Virus record (IMG/VR): IMGVR_UViG_3300022937_000089
Location: 1 to 31,652 of that record
DNA from: a virus
Lineage: Duplodnaviria; Caudoviricetes
DNA length: 31,652 nucleotides
Direction: 5' to 3' (one strand)
Of the stretch, positions 6,932 through 15,070 are shown piece by piece. The position numbers and the translations under genes were made by a program. The notes below the pieces were generated by a model that was given only the letters and a program-made list of their open reading frames with translations, had not been told where the DNA came from and made no database searches. The first letter of the stretch is position 1. The number at the start of each line of letters is the position of its first letter.

Positions 6932-7861
6932 ATGGCAGATAAAACTACATTAGAACAAATGCTTGAGCATTTGGTAAACGACGAACAAGGAAAGGCAGAA
7001 GAACTTTTCCATGAATACGTTGTAACAAAATCAAGAGAAATTTACGAAAACCTAATCCAAGAAGAGATGAAGGACGACGAAGAAGTTGATGAAGCATCAA
7101 AAGACGAAGATGCAGAAGACAAAGAAGTTGACGAAGCATCTAAGGATGAGGATTCAGAAGAAGACAAAGTTGACGAAGCATCAGACGAAGACAAGGATGA
7201 TGAAAAAGTTGACGAAGAGTTCGAAGAAGTAGCCGTAGAAGGCGACGACGAAGAAGGTGAAATGGACGCTATGGGCGGAGATGAAACCGACGAACTTGAA
7301 AAAGAAATTCAAGGCGATGAGGAAGGTGCAGAGGGTGAAAAAGAACCTGAAGAACTTTTCCAAGATCTTGACGCTATCGTAGACGAATTACAAGCAAAAT
7401 TCGACGAAATCAAAGGCGAAGGCGACGAAGAAGGCGAAGCAGAGATGGATATGGACGCAGAAAAAGAAGAAACTTTTGCTCCTGAAGCATCTGCAGACCC
7501 AGAAGGCGACGACGAATTAGCAACTATGCGTGAGTATGTTGAAAAAGTAGCAGGTGGACACGGTGCTGAGAAAAAAGGTGCTGCGGACTCTGCGGACAAC
7601 AAAAAATCTGTTGTTGACAACATGAAAAATGACATGGGTGGAACTACTGCTAACATCGCAAAAGGCGGTGAAGCATCAGAAAAGAATGATGGTGGTTTAT
7701 CAGAAGTAACACCTAAGGATATTGACTCAGGCAACGTAAACGTTCCAGGCGCTAAGAAAGCAGCGGACATGTCAGCAGTAAAAGGCGGACATGGTGCTGA
7801 AAAAGCAGGCGCTAAAGAACAAGCGGACAACAAACAATCAATTTTCCGTGGTCGTAGATAA
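6932..7861 (+). CDS. Highly acidic prohead core/internal protein (position of T4 gp67/gp68)
   Basis: 309 aa, very Glu/Asp-rich, strong AAGGAG SD, lies between portal and protease, many (V/I/L)-x-E sites. Confidence 0.7.
   Translation: MADKTTLEQMLEHLVNDEQGKAEELFHEYVVTKSREIYENLIQEEMKDDEEVDEASKDEDAEDKEVDEASKDEDSEEDKVDEASDEDKDDEKVDEEFEEVAVEGDDEEGEMDAMGGDETDELEKEIQGDEEGAEGEKEPEELFQDLDAIVDELQAKFDEIKGEGDEEGEAEMDMDAEKEETFAPEASADPEGDDELATMREYVEKVAGGHGAEKKGAADSADNKKSVVDNMKNDMGGTTANIAKGGEASEKNDGGLSEVTPKDIDSGNVNVPGAKKAADMSAVKGGHGAEKAGAKEQADNKQSIFRGRR
7082..7217 (+). repeat. Four imperfect in-frame tandem repeats (about 39-45 nt) encoding VDEA...
   Basis: GTTGA(T/C)GAAGCATC recurs three times, followed by a fourth GTTGACGAAG. 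Confidence 0.8.
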
Positions 7862-7877
7862 TAGAGGGGCATAAGGA

Positions 7878-8507
7878 TTGAAAACTAACCTACAAGAACA
7901 TCTGAGCTTCGATCAGGCTAAAATCGTCATTGAGCGTGATGAAGGCGAGAACGGTAAAACGTTACACTTGAGTGGCATCTGTATTCAGGGTGACATTCGT
8001 AACGCTAACCAGCGCATTTATTCTTCGCAAGAAATTGATAGGGCTGTCAAGACGCTCAACGAACAGATTTCTGGGGGGTATTCAGTGTTAGGTGAAGTCG
8101 ATCATCCTCAAGATTTACGTATCAACCTCGACCGTGTATCACACATGATCACAAAAATGTGGATGGACGGTCCTAACGGCTACGGAAAACTTAAGATGCT
8201 TCCAACTCCAATGGGTCAATTAATTACGACCATGTTGGAGTCGGGAGTCAAATTAGGTGTATCCAGCCGCGGATCAGGCGAAGTTGACGGTGGTGGCAAT
8301 GTAAATGGTTTTGAAATTGTCACAGTTGACGTTGTTGCACAACCGAGTGCACCAGGCGCCTATCCAACACCAGTTTATGAACACCTTATGAATAATAAAG
8401 GTGGTTACCAGGCATTTAGAGTAGCTCAAGAAGTTAAAGGCGATCCACAGGCACAACGTTACATTGCAGAGTCCTTGAAGAAGATAATTCAAGGATTAAA
8501 TCATTAG
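7878..8507 (+). CDS. gp21: Prohead protease (T4 gp21-like)
   Basis: NANQRIY, GEVDHP (catalytic His), GVSSRGSG (catalytic Ser), DVVAQPSAPGA; TTG start after GAGGGG. Confidence 0.95.
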   Translation: MKTNLQEHLSFDQAKIVIERDEGENGKTLHLSGICIQGDIRNANQRIYSSQEIDRAVKTLNEQISGGYSVLGEVDHPQDLRINLDRVSHMITKMWMDGPNGYGKLKMLPTPMGQLITTMLESGVKLGVSSRGSGEVDGGGNVNGFEIVTVDVVAQPSAPGAYPTPVYEHLMNNKGGYQAFRVAQEVKGDPQAQRYIAESLKKIIQGLNH

Positions 8508-8518
8508 GAGAATCACAG

Positions 8519-9613
8519 ATGTTAGACTTTGTAAAACAATTGTTTGAAAACAACGTGATTTCCGAGGAAGTCAAGTCGGAAATTGAAACCGCTTGGGAAA
8601 CTGCCGTAAAAGAAAACCGCGACACAGTCGCAACTGATTTGCGCGAAGAATTCGCACAGAAGTATGAACACGATAAGGCTGCAATGGTTGAAGCAGTGGA
8701 AAAAATGCTTTCAGATAGAATTGAAGCAGAACTTTCTGAATTTGCTGATGACCGCAACGGACTTATCGAAGCAAAAGCCAAGTATGCTAAGAAAATGAAA
8801 AACGATTCCAAAGCAATGGAATCTTTCGTTCTTAACAACTTGAAAAAGGAACTTGGCGAACTTCACGAAGATCGTAAATCAGTCGCAGCGAATGTTGCTA
8901 AATTAGAATCTTTCATTGTGGATCAATTGGCAAAAGAAATTGCAGAATTCCACTCTGACAAGAAGGATCTTGCTGAAACTAAGGTTAAATTAATCAAAGA
9001 CAGCAAGGCTAAGTTTGAAGAAGTTAAGAAAAATTTCTTGAACAAAGCATCCTCACTTGTTTCTGAAACAGTAGGTAAGAAATTACATGCTGAGATGAGT
9101 CAGTTGAAAGAAGATATTGAAGCAGCTCGCAGAAACGATTTTGGTCGCAGAATTTTTGAAAGTTTTGCAAGCGAATACGCAACAAGTCATCTAAACGAAA
9201 AATCTGAAACTTCAAAACTTCTTAAAGTTGTAAAACAGAAAGAAGAAGCAGTTGCAGAAGCAGAAGCAAAAGTTTCTGAAGTTGAGAAGATTGTTGAAAG
9301 TAAAGATGCTGAAATTGCTAAAATCAAAGACGCAGTAGAAAGAAAAGAGATTATGTCAGAATTGATGTCACCTCTTTCTAAAGAAAAGCGTGAATTGATG
9401 GGCGAACTTTTAGAATCTGTACAGACTAATAAATTACACGCCGCATTCGACAAGTACATTCCAGCCGTAATGGAAGGAAACGTACCAGCGAAGAAGGTGT
9501 TGTCAGAAGGCAAAGAAGTAACAGGCGATAAAGCACAGGCACAGTCCAACGGTCAAGAGAATAAGACCGCTGAGATATTTGACATCCGCAGGCTTGCGGG
9601 CTTAAAAGTTTAA
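8519..9613 (+). CDS. gp22: Prohead core scaffolding protein (T4 gp22-like)
   Basis: 364 aa Glu/Lys coiled coil between protease and capsid genes; AGGAG SD. Confidence 0.85.
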   Translation: MLDFVKQLFENNVISEEVKSEIETAWETAVKENRDTVATDLREEFAQKYEHDKAAMVEAVEKMLSDRIEAELSEFADDRNGLIEAKAKYAKKMKNDSKAMESFVLNNLKKELGELHEDRKSVAANVAKLESFIVDQLAKEIAEFHSDKKDLAETKVKLIKDSKAKFEEVKKNFLNKASSLVSETVGKKLHAEMSQLKEDIEAARRNDFGRRIFESFASEYATSHLNEKSETSKLLKVVKQKEEAVAEAEAKVSEVEKIVESKDAEIAKIKDAVERKEIMSELMSPLSKEKRELMGELLESVQTNKLHAAFDKYIPAVMEGNVPAKKVLSEGKEVTGDKAQAQSNGQENKTAEIFDIRRLAGLKV

Positions 9614-9625
9614 GGAGAACAACAA

Positions 9626-10816
9626 ATGTCACAACTATTAGAGTCACGCTGGTCAGAAACCAAAGACGCCCTTTTAGAAGGTCTTCAAGGTAACAAGCGT
9701 ACTGTTATGGCAACGACTCTTGAAAATACCCGTAAGTATTTGTCAGAGAGTGCTACAGCAGGTGCTACTTCTGCCGGCAACGTCGCAACACTAAATCGCG
9801 TCATTTTACCAGTAATTAGACGTGTTATGCCAACCGTTATTGCTAACGAGTTAGTTGGTGTACAACCAATGACTGGACCAGTCGGCCAAATTCACACATT
9901 GCGTGTGCGTTATGCTGACGCATTCACTTCATCTGCATCACCTGCTCCATTAGGAACAGATGTAACAGCAGGCGAAGAGGCACTATCGCCATTCAAGATT
10001 GCTCAAGGCTATTCAGGTTCGAGCACGACTGATAAGGCTGATACTACAGCAGCAAAAGAAGGTGTTGCTGGTAACAGATTATCAATCCAAATCTTGAAGC
10101 AAACAGTTGAAGCGAAAACTCGTAAATTGAGTGCTCGTTGGACTTTCGAAGCAGCACAAGATGCACAAGCTCAACAGGGCATTGACATCGAGGCTGAGAT
10201 CATGGCAGCTCTTGCACAAGAGATTACTGCTGAGATCGATCAGGAAGTTATCAACTCGCTTTCAACACTTGCAGGCACAGCCGCTTTAACATACGACCAA
10301 GCAGCGGTATCAGGTACTGCTACATTCGTTGGTGATGAACATGCTGCATTAGCAGTTCAAATCAACCGTGTTGCTAACTTGATTGCTCAGCGTACACGTA
10401 GAGGCGCAGGTAACTGGGCTGTTGTTTCACCAACAGTATTAACTCTGTTACAATCTGCAACTACTTCTGCGTTTGCGAGAACAACTGAAGGTACTTTTGA
10501 AGCACCAACAAACACTAAGTTTGTAGGAACTTTAAACAGTGCAATGAAAGTGTATGTAAACGGCTACGCTACATCAGACGATGTGCTTGTTGGTTACAAA
10601 GGTTCAAGCGAATCAGACGCAGCAGCGTTCTACTGCCCATACATCCCATTGATGTCAAGCGGTGTAGTACTTGATCCATCTACTTTTGAACCAGTAGTGT
10701 CGTTCATGACAAGATATGGTTATGTTGAGTTATCAAACACAGCATCATCTCTTGGTAATGCGGCAGACTACTTGGGTAAAGTAGCGGTTACAAGTGCAAA
10801 CTTACGTTTTGCGTAA
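9626..10816 (+). CDS. gp23: Major capsid protein (T4 gp23-like)
   Basis: GVQPMTGPVGQI, VEAKTRKL.A.WT.E.AQD, AEID.E, FYCPYIPL, DP..FEP...F.TRYG. Confidence 0.98.
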   Translation: MSQLLESRWSETKDALLEGLQGNKRTVMATTLENTRKYLSESATAGATSAGNVATLNRVILPVIRRVMPTVIANELVGVQPMTGPVGQIHTLRVRYADAFTSSASPAPLGTDVTAGEEALSPFKIAQGYSGSSTTDKADTTAAKEGVAGNRLSIQILKQTVEAKTRKLSARWTFEAAQDAQAQQGIDIEAEIMAALAQEITAEIDQEVINSLSTLAGTAALTYDQAAVSGTATFVGDEHAALAVQINRVANLIAQRTRRGAGNWAVVSPTVLTLLQSATTSAFARTTEGTFEAPTNTKFVGTLNSAMKVYVNGYATSDDVLVGYKGSSESDAAAFYCPYIPLMSSGVVLDPSTFEPVVSFMTRYGYVELSNTASSLGNAADYLGKVAVTSANLRFA

Positions 10817-10838
10817 TCATTAACACTTTACAGTGTTT

Positions 10839-10869
10839 AAAAGGGCGGCATTTATGTCGCCCTTTTTTT
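10839..10869 (+). terminator. Rho-independent terminator after the capsid gene
   Basis: AAAAGGGCGGCA-TTTA-TGTCGCCC followed by T7. Confidence 0.9.
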
Positions 10870-10874
10870 ATGGC

Positions 10875-10904
10875 TTGACAATCGCTCAAAAAGAGTGTTA
10901 AATA
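10875..10904 (+). promoter_or_regulatory. Composite promoter: sigma70-like -35 TTGACA with TTAAAT 17 nt later, overlapping a late-type TAAATA
   Basis: TTGACA 10875-10880; TTAAAT 10898-10903; TAAATA 10899-10904; ATG at 10910. Confidence 0.55.
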
Positions 10905-10909
10905 TTAGT

Positions 10910-11182
10910 ATGCTTGAAATAGAAAGTCATCTTGATTTTGATAAACTAAGAGACCAATTGGATAAGTGGAGAAAACGTTTTCCCATGTTTGGTCATGATG
11001 TTAGGCGCATACAATCAGCAATAGAAGTCCATATGAAAAATTATATGGAGCATCTCATCCGTTACAAGCAGACAAAAAGCGAACACTGCATAAAAAATGC
11101 ACAAGCCGAGATAGACAAAATCAACGCACTAATGAATACTATTAGCAAGGTTGAATTGATGGCATTATTGAGTAAAGGATAA
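10910..11182 (+). CDS. Hypothetical helical protein (90 aa), likely leaderless
   Basis: Start re-assigned to ATG 10910; charged helical composition unlike the Thr/Ser/Gly-rich neighbours. Confidence 0.7.
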   Translation: MLEIESHLDFDKLRDQLDKWRKRFPMFGHDVRRIQSAIEVHMKNYMEHLIRYKQTKSEHCIKNAQAEIDKINALMNTISKVELMALLSKG

Positions 11183-11264
11183 ATACATTGGTAATAGAGC
11201 CGAATCTTTCGGACTTATGCGGAACCAACCGCGTATTACATAGAATGTAACATAGGAGAAAAAA
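11178..11264 (+). promoter_or_regulatory. Late promoter (GATAAATA 11178-11185) plus structured 5' leader
   Basis: Hairpins 11200-11212, 11216-11235 and 11236-11250 precede AGGAG (11254-11258). Confidence 0.65.
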
Positions 11265-11684
11265 ATGGGAAGACCAATTAACAAAAAATGGTTTGGTACA
11301 CAGACCGGCACGTCAGAAGGCGATTATCCGAATATTCCAGTCGAAGCAGCATTCATCGGTGGAAAAATTGTAAGAAGTGATGAAGGTGGATCAGAAGTAT
11401 TCATCGTCAAGCAAAAATCTGCACGCAGATTTCTTGTGCAATCACAGGATGAAGGCGAACAGGCAGTTTGTAAACTCGTAAACAAAGTAACTGATTCATC
11501 TGCTGTTGCAGCAGGCGAAATGGTAATTGTTGGACACTTAGCATCTTCAGGCGGAGATGGTGGTCAAGCGATCAACATCATGAAGATGACCAACAGAGTT
11601 GCAACATCTTTTAACGGAACACGCTACAAGTGGTCTGTAACTGATGACTCTACTGCTAACGTTCTTGTTTTGACAGCAATGTAA
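11265..11684 (+). CDS. Putative virion structural protein (139 aa)
   Basis: Strong SD, late promoter, first gene of the appendage cluster. Confidence 0.75.
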   Translation: MGRPINKKWFGTQTGTSEGDYPNIPVEAAFIGGKIVRSDEGGSEVFIVKQKSARRFLVQSQDEGEQAVCKLVNKVTDSSAVAAGEMVIVGHLASSGGDGGQAINIMKMTNRVATSFNGTRYKWSVTDDSTANVLVLTAM

Positions 11685-11696
11685 TTTAGGTAATCT

Positions 11697-12662
11697 ATGG
11701 CACAGTTTTTACAAACAAACGGCGACTATACTATAAAGACCACAGACAGTGGAAAGATCACTCTTGACACTGGTCCGGGTATTGGTGAAGTTTATGTTAC
11801 TGGAAACCTCGTTGTTGAAGGTGACACGCTTACTGTGTCTGCAGAAAACTTAAACGTTAATGATAACGTTATCATGTTAAATTATGGCGAAACCGGTGCG
11901 GGTGTCAGTCTAAGATATTCTGGTATACAGATTGATAGAGGCACCCTAACCGATGCCATATTTTATTTTGATGATAATGATGATACATTTAATATTGCTC
12001 AAGGTTCTCCGGAAGGATCTTTTAACTTTTCGGATAGCGCATTAAGAACAAGAAAAATTTTAACAAATTCTGACACGGATAATGGAGATCTAACACTAAT
12101 TGGAACAGGTGCAGGAGTCGTTAAAGTTACTGGTACTCTTAACTATGAACAACAGATTACCGACGATGACGACATTCCTAACAAAAAATATGTTGACGAT
12201 TCAATTAGAGATAATCCAACCTTCCAGATCATTGATGACAACACAAGGGTTATTATTTCTGATAAGGAAGTTAGTGGATCGCTGGCGTACCTAACGGCTG
12301 AAACTGGTTATAGTACGTTTGGAGAATCTGGAGTTTCTGTAATTGTAGACGGAACCCTAAACACACAGTTTTATCCAAATAGAACCATCATCCAAAGTTT
12401 GGAAATTAATCAAAACGAAATTACAAACAATGATACAAACGCTAACATATATGTTAGGACACAAGGTACTGGTAAATTACAAACCAATTACGGAATTGAA
12501 TTGGAAGAATTATCAGTGACACCAGCATACGTTGCAGATTCAACAATACTTTACTCGAATGCACCGAGCACTGGAAAAACAGGATTATACTTTACTAATT
12601 CTACTGACACTGGAGAATTAATAAGTAAGAATAGAGCATTATTGTTTGGAATGTTGTTTTAA
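11697..12662 (+). CDS. Putative fibre/structural protein (321 aa)
   Basis: VTGNLVVEGD, L.V.DN.I.LN, SGIQIDRG, IPNKKYVD: motifs typical of phage fibre shafts. Confidence 0.75.
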   Translation: MAQFLQTNGDYTIKTTDSGKITLDTGPGIGEVYVTGNLVVEGDTLTVSAENLNVNDNVIMLNYGETGAGVSLRYSGIQIDRGTLTDAIFYFDDNDDTFNIAQGSPEGSFNFSDSALRTRKILTNSDTDNGDLTLIGTGAGVVKVTGTLNYEQQITDDDDIPNKKYVDDSIRDNPTFQIIDDNTRVIISDKEVSGSLAYLTAETGYSTFGESGVSVIVDGTLNTQFYPNRTIIQSLEINQNEITNNDTNANIYVRTQGTGKLQTNYGIELEELSVTPAYVADSTILYSNAPSTGKTGLYFTNSTDTGELISKNRALLFGMLF

Positions 12663-12675
12663 CAAAGGAAGATAA

Positions 12676-13020
12676 ATGGCAATTAGTAACTCACAAGTTA
12701 ACTCAAGCACAATAACAGTACCAGTGAGTGTGTACACGAGTTCAGGAACAAATGCTATTACCACAATAGCATTGTGTAACACTCAGGCAGTAACTCTAAC
12801 TGACGAAACTGCAAATTCTGTTAATGTTAATGTTTACTTGGTAGCAAGTGGCGATACCGCTGGTGCAGATAATTTAATTGTAAGTAATTTAACTATTCCA
12901 GCAGGGGAAACTGTTTTCTTCAGCGATGAAAAATTCGTTCTTGAAAACAACGATGCTGTCTGGATTGGTACATCACAGGCAAATTATATTACCGCTACTG
13001 TTAGCACATTAGCAGTGTAA
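12676..13020 (+). CDS. Small beta-rich virion protein, paralog family A (114 aa)
   Basis: VYT...IALCN...LTIPAGET...FVLEN pattern shared with 16143 and 30119. Confidence 0.75.
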   Translation: MAISNSQVNSSTITVPVSVYTSSGTNAITTIALCNTQAVTLTDETANSVNVNVYLVASGDTAGADNLIVSNLTIPAGETVFFSDEKFVLENNDAVWIGTSQANYITATVSTLAV

Positions 13021-13030
13021 GGAAGATATT

Positions 13031-13585
13031 ATGAAGTTTTTAAAAGCACAAAACACATCTCGTTATAGTCCTGCTGACAATGCTTTTTTTATCAATTCGT
13101 ACGGTAGAGCAGTGATGGATGTAACTGGCGGTCTTATGGTTCCTAAAGGATCAACAGCTCAACGACCTTACACAACTGCTGACGTTAAGCACGGAGCAAT
13201 AGGCGAAGTTGATACAAGCAAAATTCCAAACGGATATTTTAGATTTAATACTGACACTGAAAGTTTTGAAGGTTACATTAATGGCAGATGGGAAACTGTC
13301 AGAGCACCAGGTGCCTCGGCAATTTCTATAGAAACATTCGGACCAGGTGATGATACCGAAACTGTGTTTGGAACTCTTTCTAATGTTCCTGTTTCAGCAA
13401 ACAATGTTATCGTTTTAGTTGAAAACGTTATACAGATTCCAACAACGAACTTTACTCTTGAGCAGAGTGTTTCTGGTAGTCTTGCAGGACCCAATGCACC
13501 TTATGCTGACGGTTGGTATTTAAAATTTACATCACCAGTGCCTACATCAAAGTATGTTACAATGTTCTTTGGGTTTGCGAACTAA
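13031..13585 (+). CDS. Putative virion structural protein (184 aa)
   Basis: PKGSTAQRP...G..RFNTD...FEGY..G.W module plus VIVLVENVIQIP...F...F..P module. Confidence 0.75.
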   Translation: MKFLKAQNTSRYSPADNAFFINSYGRAVMDVTGGLMVPKGSTAQRPYTTADVKHGAIGEVDTSKIPNGYFRFNTDTESFEGYINGRWETVRAPGASAISIETFGPGDDTETVFGTLSNVPVSANNVIVLVENVIQIPTTNFTLEQSVSGSLAGPNAPYADGWYLKFTSPVPTSKYVTMFFGFAN

Positions 13586-13595
13586 GGAGTAGAAA

Positions 13596-14954
13596 ATGGC
13601 TCAATTGGGGCGAATTGGCGGACATCTACTAAAAGACGAACTTGTTAGAGACGGGGTCGATCTTTCATTTAAGAATACTGTTTTTGATACAGCACTATTA
13701 TACTTCGATGTTAATTCTGCAAAGATAGGAATTAACAATGACGCTCCTGCATTTGATCTACAAATTAATTCAAACATTGTTTCAACAAACGGTAATGCAA
13801 CCAACCAAGCAAGATTTGATAATATCATAGTTGACAGTACCAGTAACATTAGATCATTAACCGGACCAATTTATGTTACACCACAGACGGCTGGTTCCTA
13901 TTTAGAATTCCAAAGAATGCAATCAGATGATCTTGATTTTAATGATAATACCATTTCCACAAAATTTTCAAACACAAATATGGAATTACAAGCCAATGGT
14001 ACTGGTACCATGGAATTGCAGGCAAATACAAATGTAACTGGGGATTTATCTTTAACAGGAAATATCTTAGTTGATGGAAATTTATCATCAGCAGGAAATG
14101 TAATAGTTGGTGACTCTCCTTTGGACACAGTTACCATCGTTCCTGATCTAACACAAACTATTAAACCAGGAACTGATAATGAACACGATCTTGGTCAACA
14201 AGCAAACGACTCAAGTCCAAGAAGATGGAACGAAATATACATCACTGATAATCTTGTAAACACCACAGTAGTCAATCCAAATGCTGTTACCGTTAGTAGC
14301 CAGATGACATTGGACGGTGTGAACAATCAGATTTTTGCAATACAATCTAACGAGGATATTGAGTTACTTCCTGACACCGGTATTACTTTTATTGAAAGTA
14401 CCAAGTGGGAAAATAATGACATAACTAATTTGTTGAATACTCCTCTTACTTTTAGTAATACTGGCATAGGTTATGTTAGATTCATGGGCGATAACGCCAT
14501 AAGAATACCTGCGGGAGCAGATTCAACAAGACCAAGCAATCCTGAACTTGGAGACACGAGATGGAATACTGACGAACAGTACATGGAGTCTTTCCTTGGA
14601 GCAGTAGAATCAGTTTCATCGGCAGGAAATATTTCAGGACTTGTTAACCAAACACAAACAGGAATAACAGGAACAACAAGTGGTAACGGAGTAAATGCCC
14701 AATTTACATTTACTATTTCTGGTGGATCTTTAACTGTTACAGTTACAACTGCTGGGTATGGTTATGTAACCGGAGACACAATAATTGTTCTTGGAACAGT
14801 GTTTACTGGAGGAGCAACTCCAGCCAATGATATTACCCTCACTGTAGGGGCTCAAACCAAGGGTGGATATGTAATTTCCACTGGTGGTGGTGAGGAAGTT
14901 ACCACAGGTGTTATGGAAGATCTTGGTAATGTATACAGTCTAATCCTTGGTTAA
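13596..14954 (+). CDS. Putative fibre protein (452 aa), paralog of 15071..16138
   Basis: N-terminal GRIGGHLLK..L.R.G.DLSF, IGINN..P...L.I, PAG....RP.....GDTRWNT, C-terminal YSLILG. Confidence 0.8.
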   Translation: MAQLGRIGGHLLKDELVRDGVDLSFKNTVFDTALLYFDVNSAKIGINNDAPAFDLQINSNIVSTNGNATNQARFDNIIVDSTSNIRSLTGPIYVTPQTAGSYLEFQRMQSDDLDFNDNTISTKFSNTNMELQANGTGTMELQANTNVTGDLSLTGNILVDGNLSSAGNVIVGDSPLDTVTIVPDLTQTIKPGTDNEHDLGQQANDSSPRRWNEIYITDNLVNTTVVNPNAVTVSSQMTLDGVNNQIFAIQSNEDIELLPDTGITFIESTKWENNDITNLLNTPLTFSNTGIGYVRFMGDNAIRIPAGADSTRPSNPELGDTRWNTDEQYMESFLGAVESVSSAGNISGLVNQTQTGITGTTSGNGVNAQFTFTISGGSLTVTVTTAGYGYVTGDTIIVLGTVFTGGATPANDITLTVGAQTKGGYVISTGGGEEVTTGVMEDLGNVYSLILG

Positions 14955-14966
14955 TTTTACCAAAAG

Positions 14967-15070
14967 GCTAAATACTATTGTTAACGTAGACCAACGTTAA
15001 TCTTTTACTGTGGTCAACCCGCAATGCAAGGTGGTTGGAGGGACAGGATCCCCGCGTACAAGGAGAGCAA
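14967..15070 (+). promoter_or_regulatory. Late promoter (GCTAAATA 14967-14974) plus structured, pseudoknot-capable 5' leader
   Basis: Stems 14981-15000, 15014-15038 and 15040-15052; loop GACCA is complementary to TGGTC 15011-15015; AAGGAG before ATG 15071. Confidence 0.7.

Noticed and set aside
7082-7217. CRISPR-like spacing of GTTGACGAAGCATC repeats
   Set aside because: Repeats are in frame, degenerate at wobble positions and inside a coding gene; no cas genes in the window.
4290-10816. Intein or intron in portal, protease or capsid genes
   Set aside because: Lengths and motif order are continuous; the Ser/Gly/Thr-rich stretch in portal (about 4835-4950) is a short low-complexity loop without splicing motifs.
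5893-15070. Track start positions 5893, 6140, 10895 and 15035
   Set aside because: They overlap upstream genes, promoters or leaders; 6001, about 6224, 10910 and 15071 fit promoter, SD and paralog evidence better.
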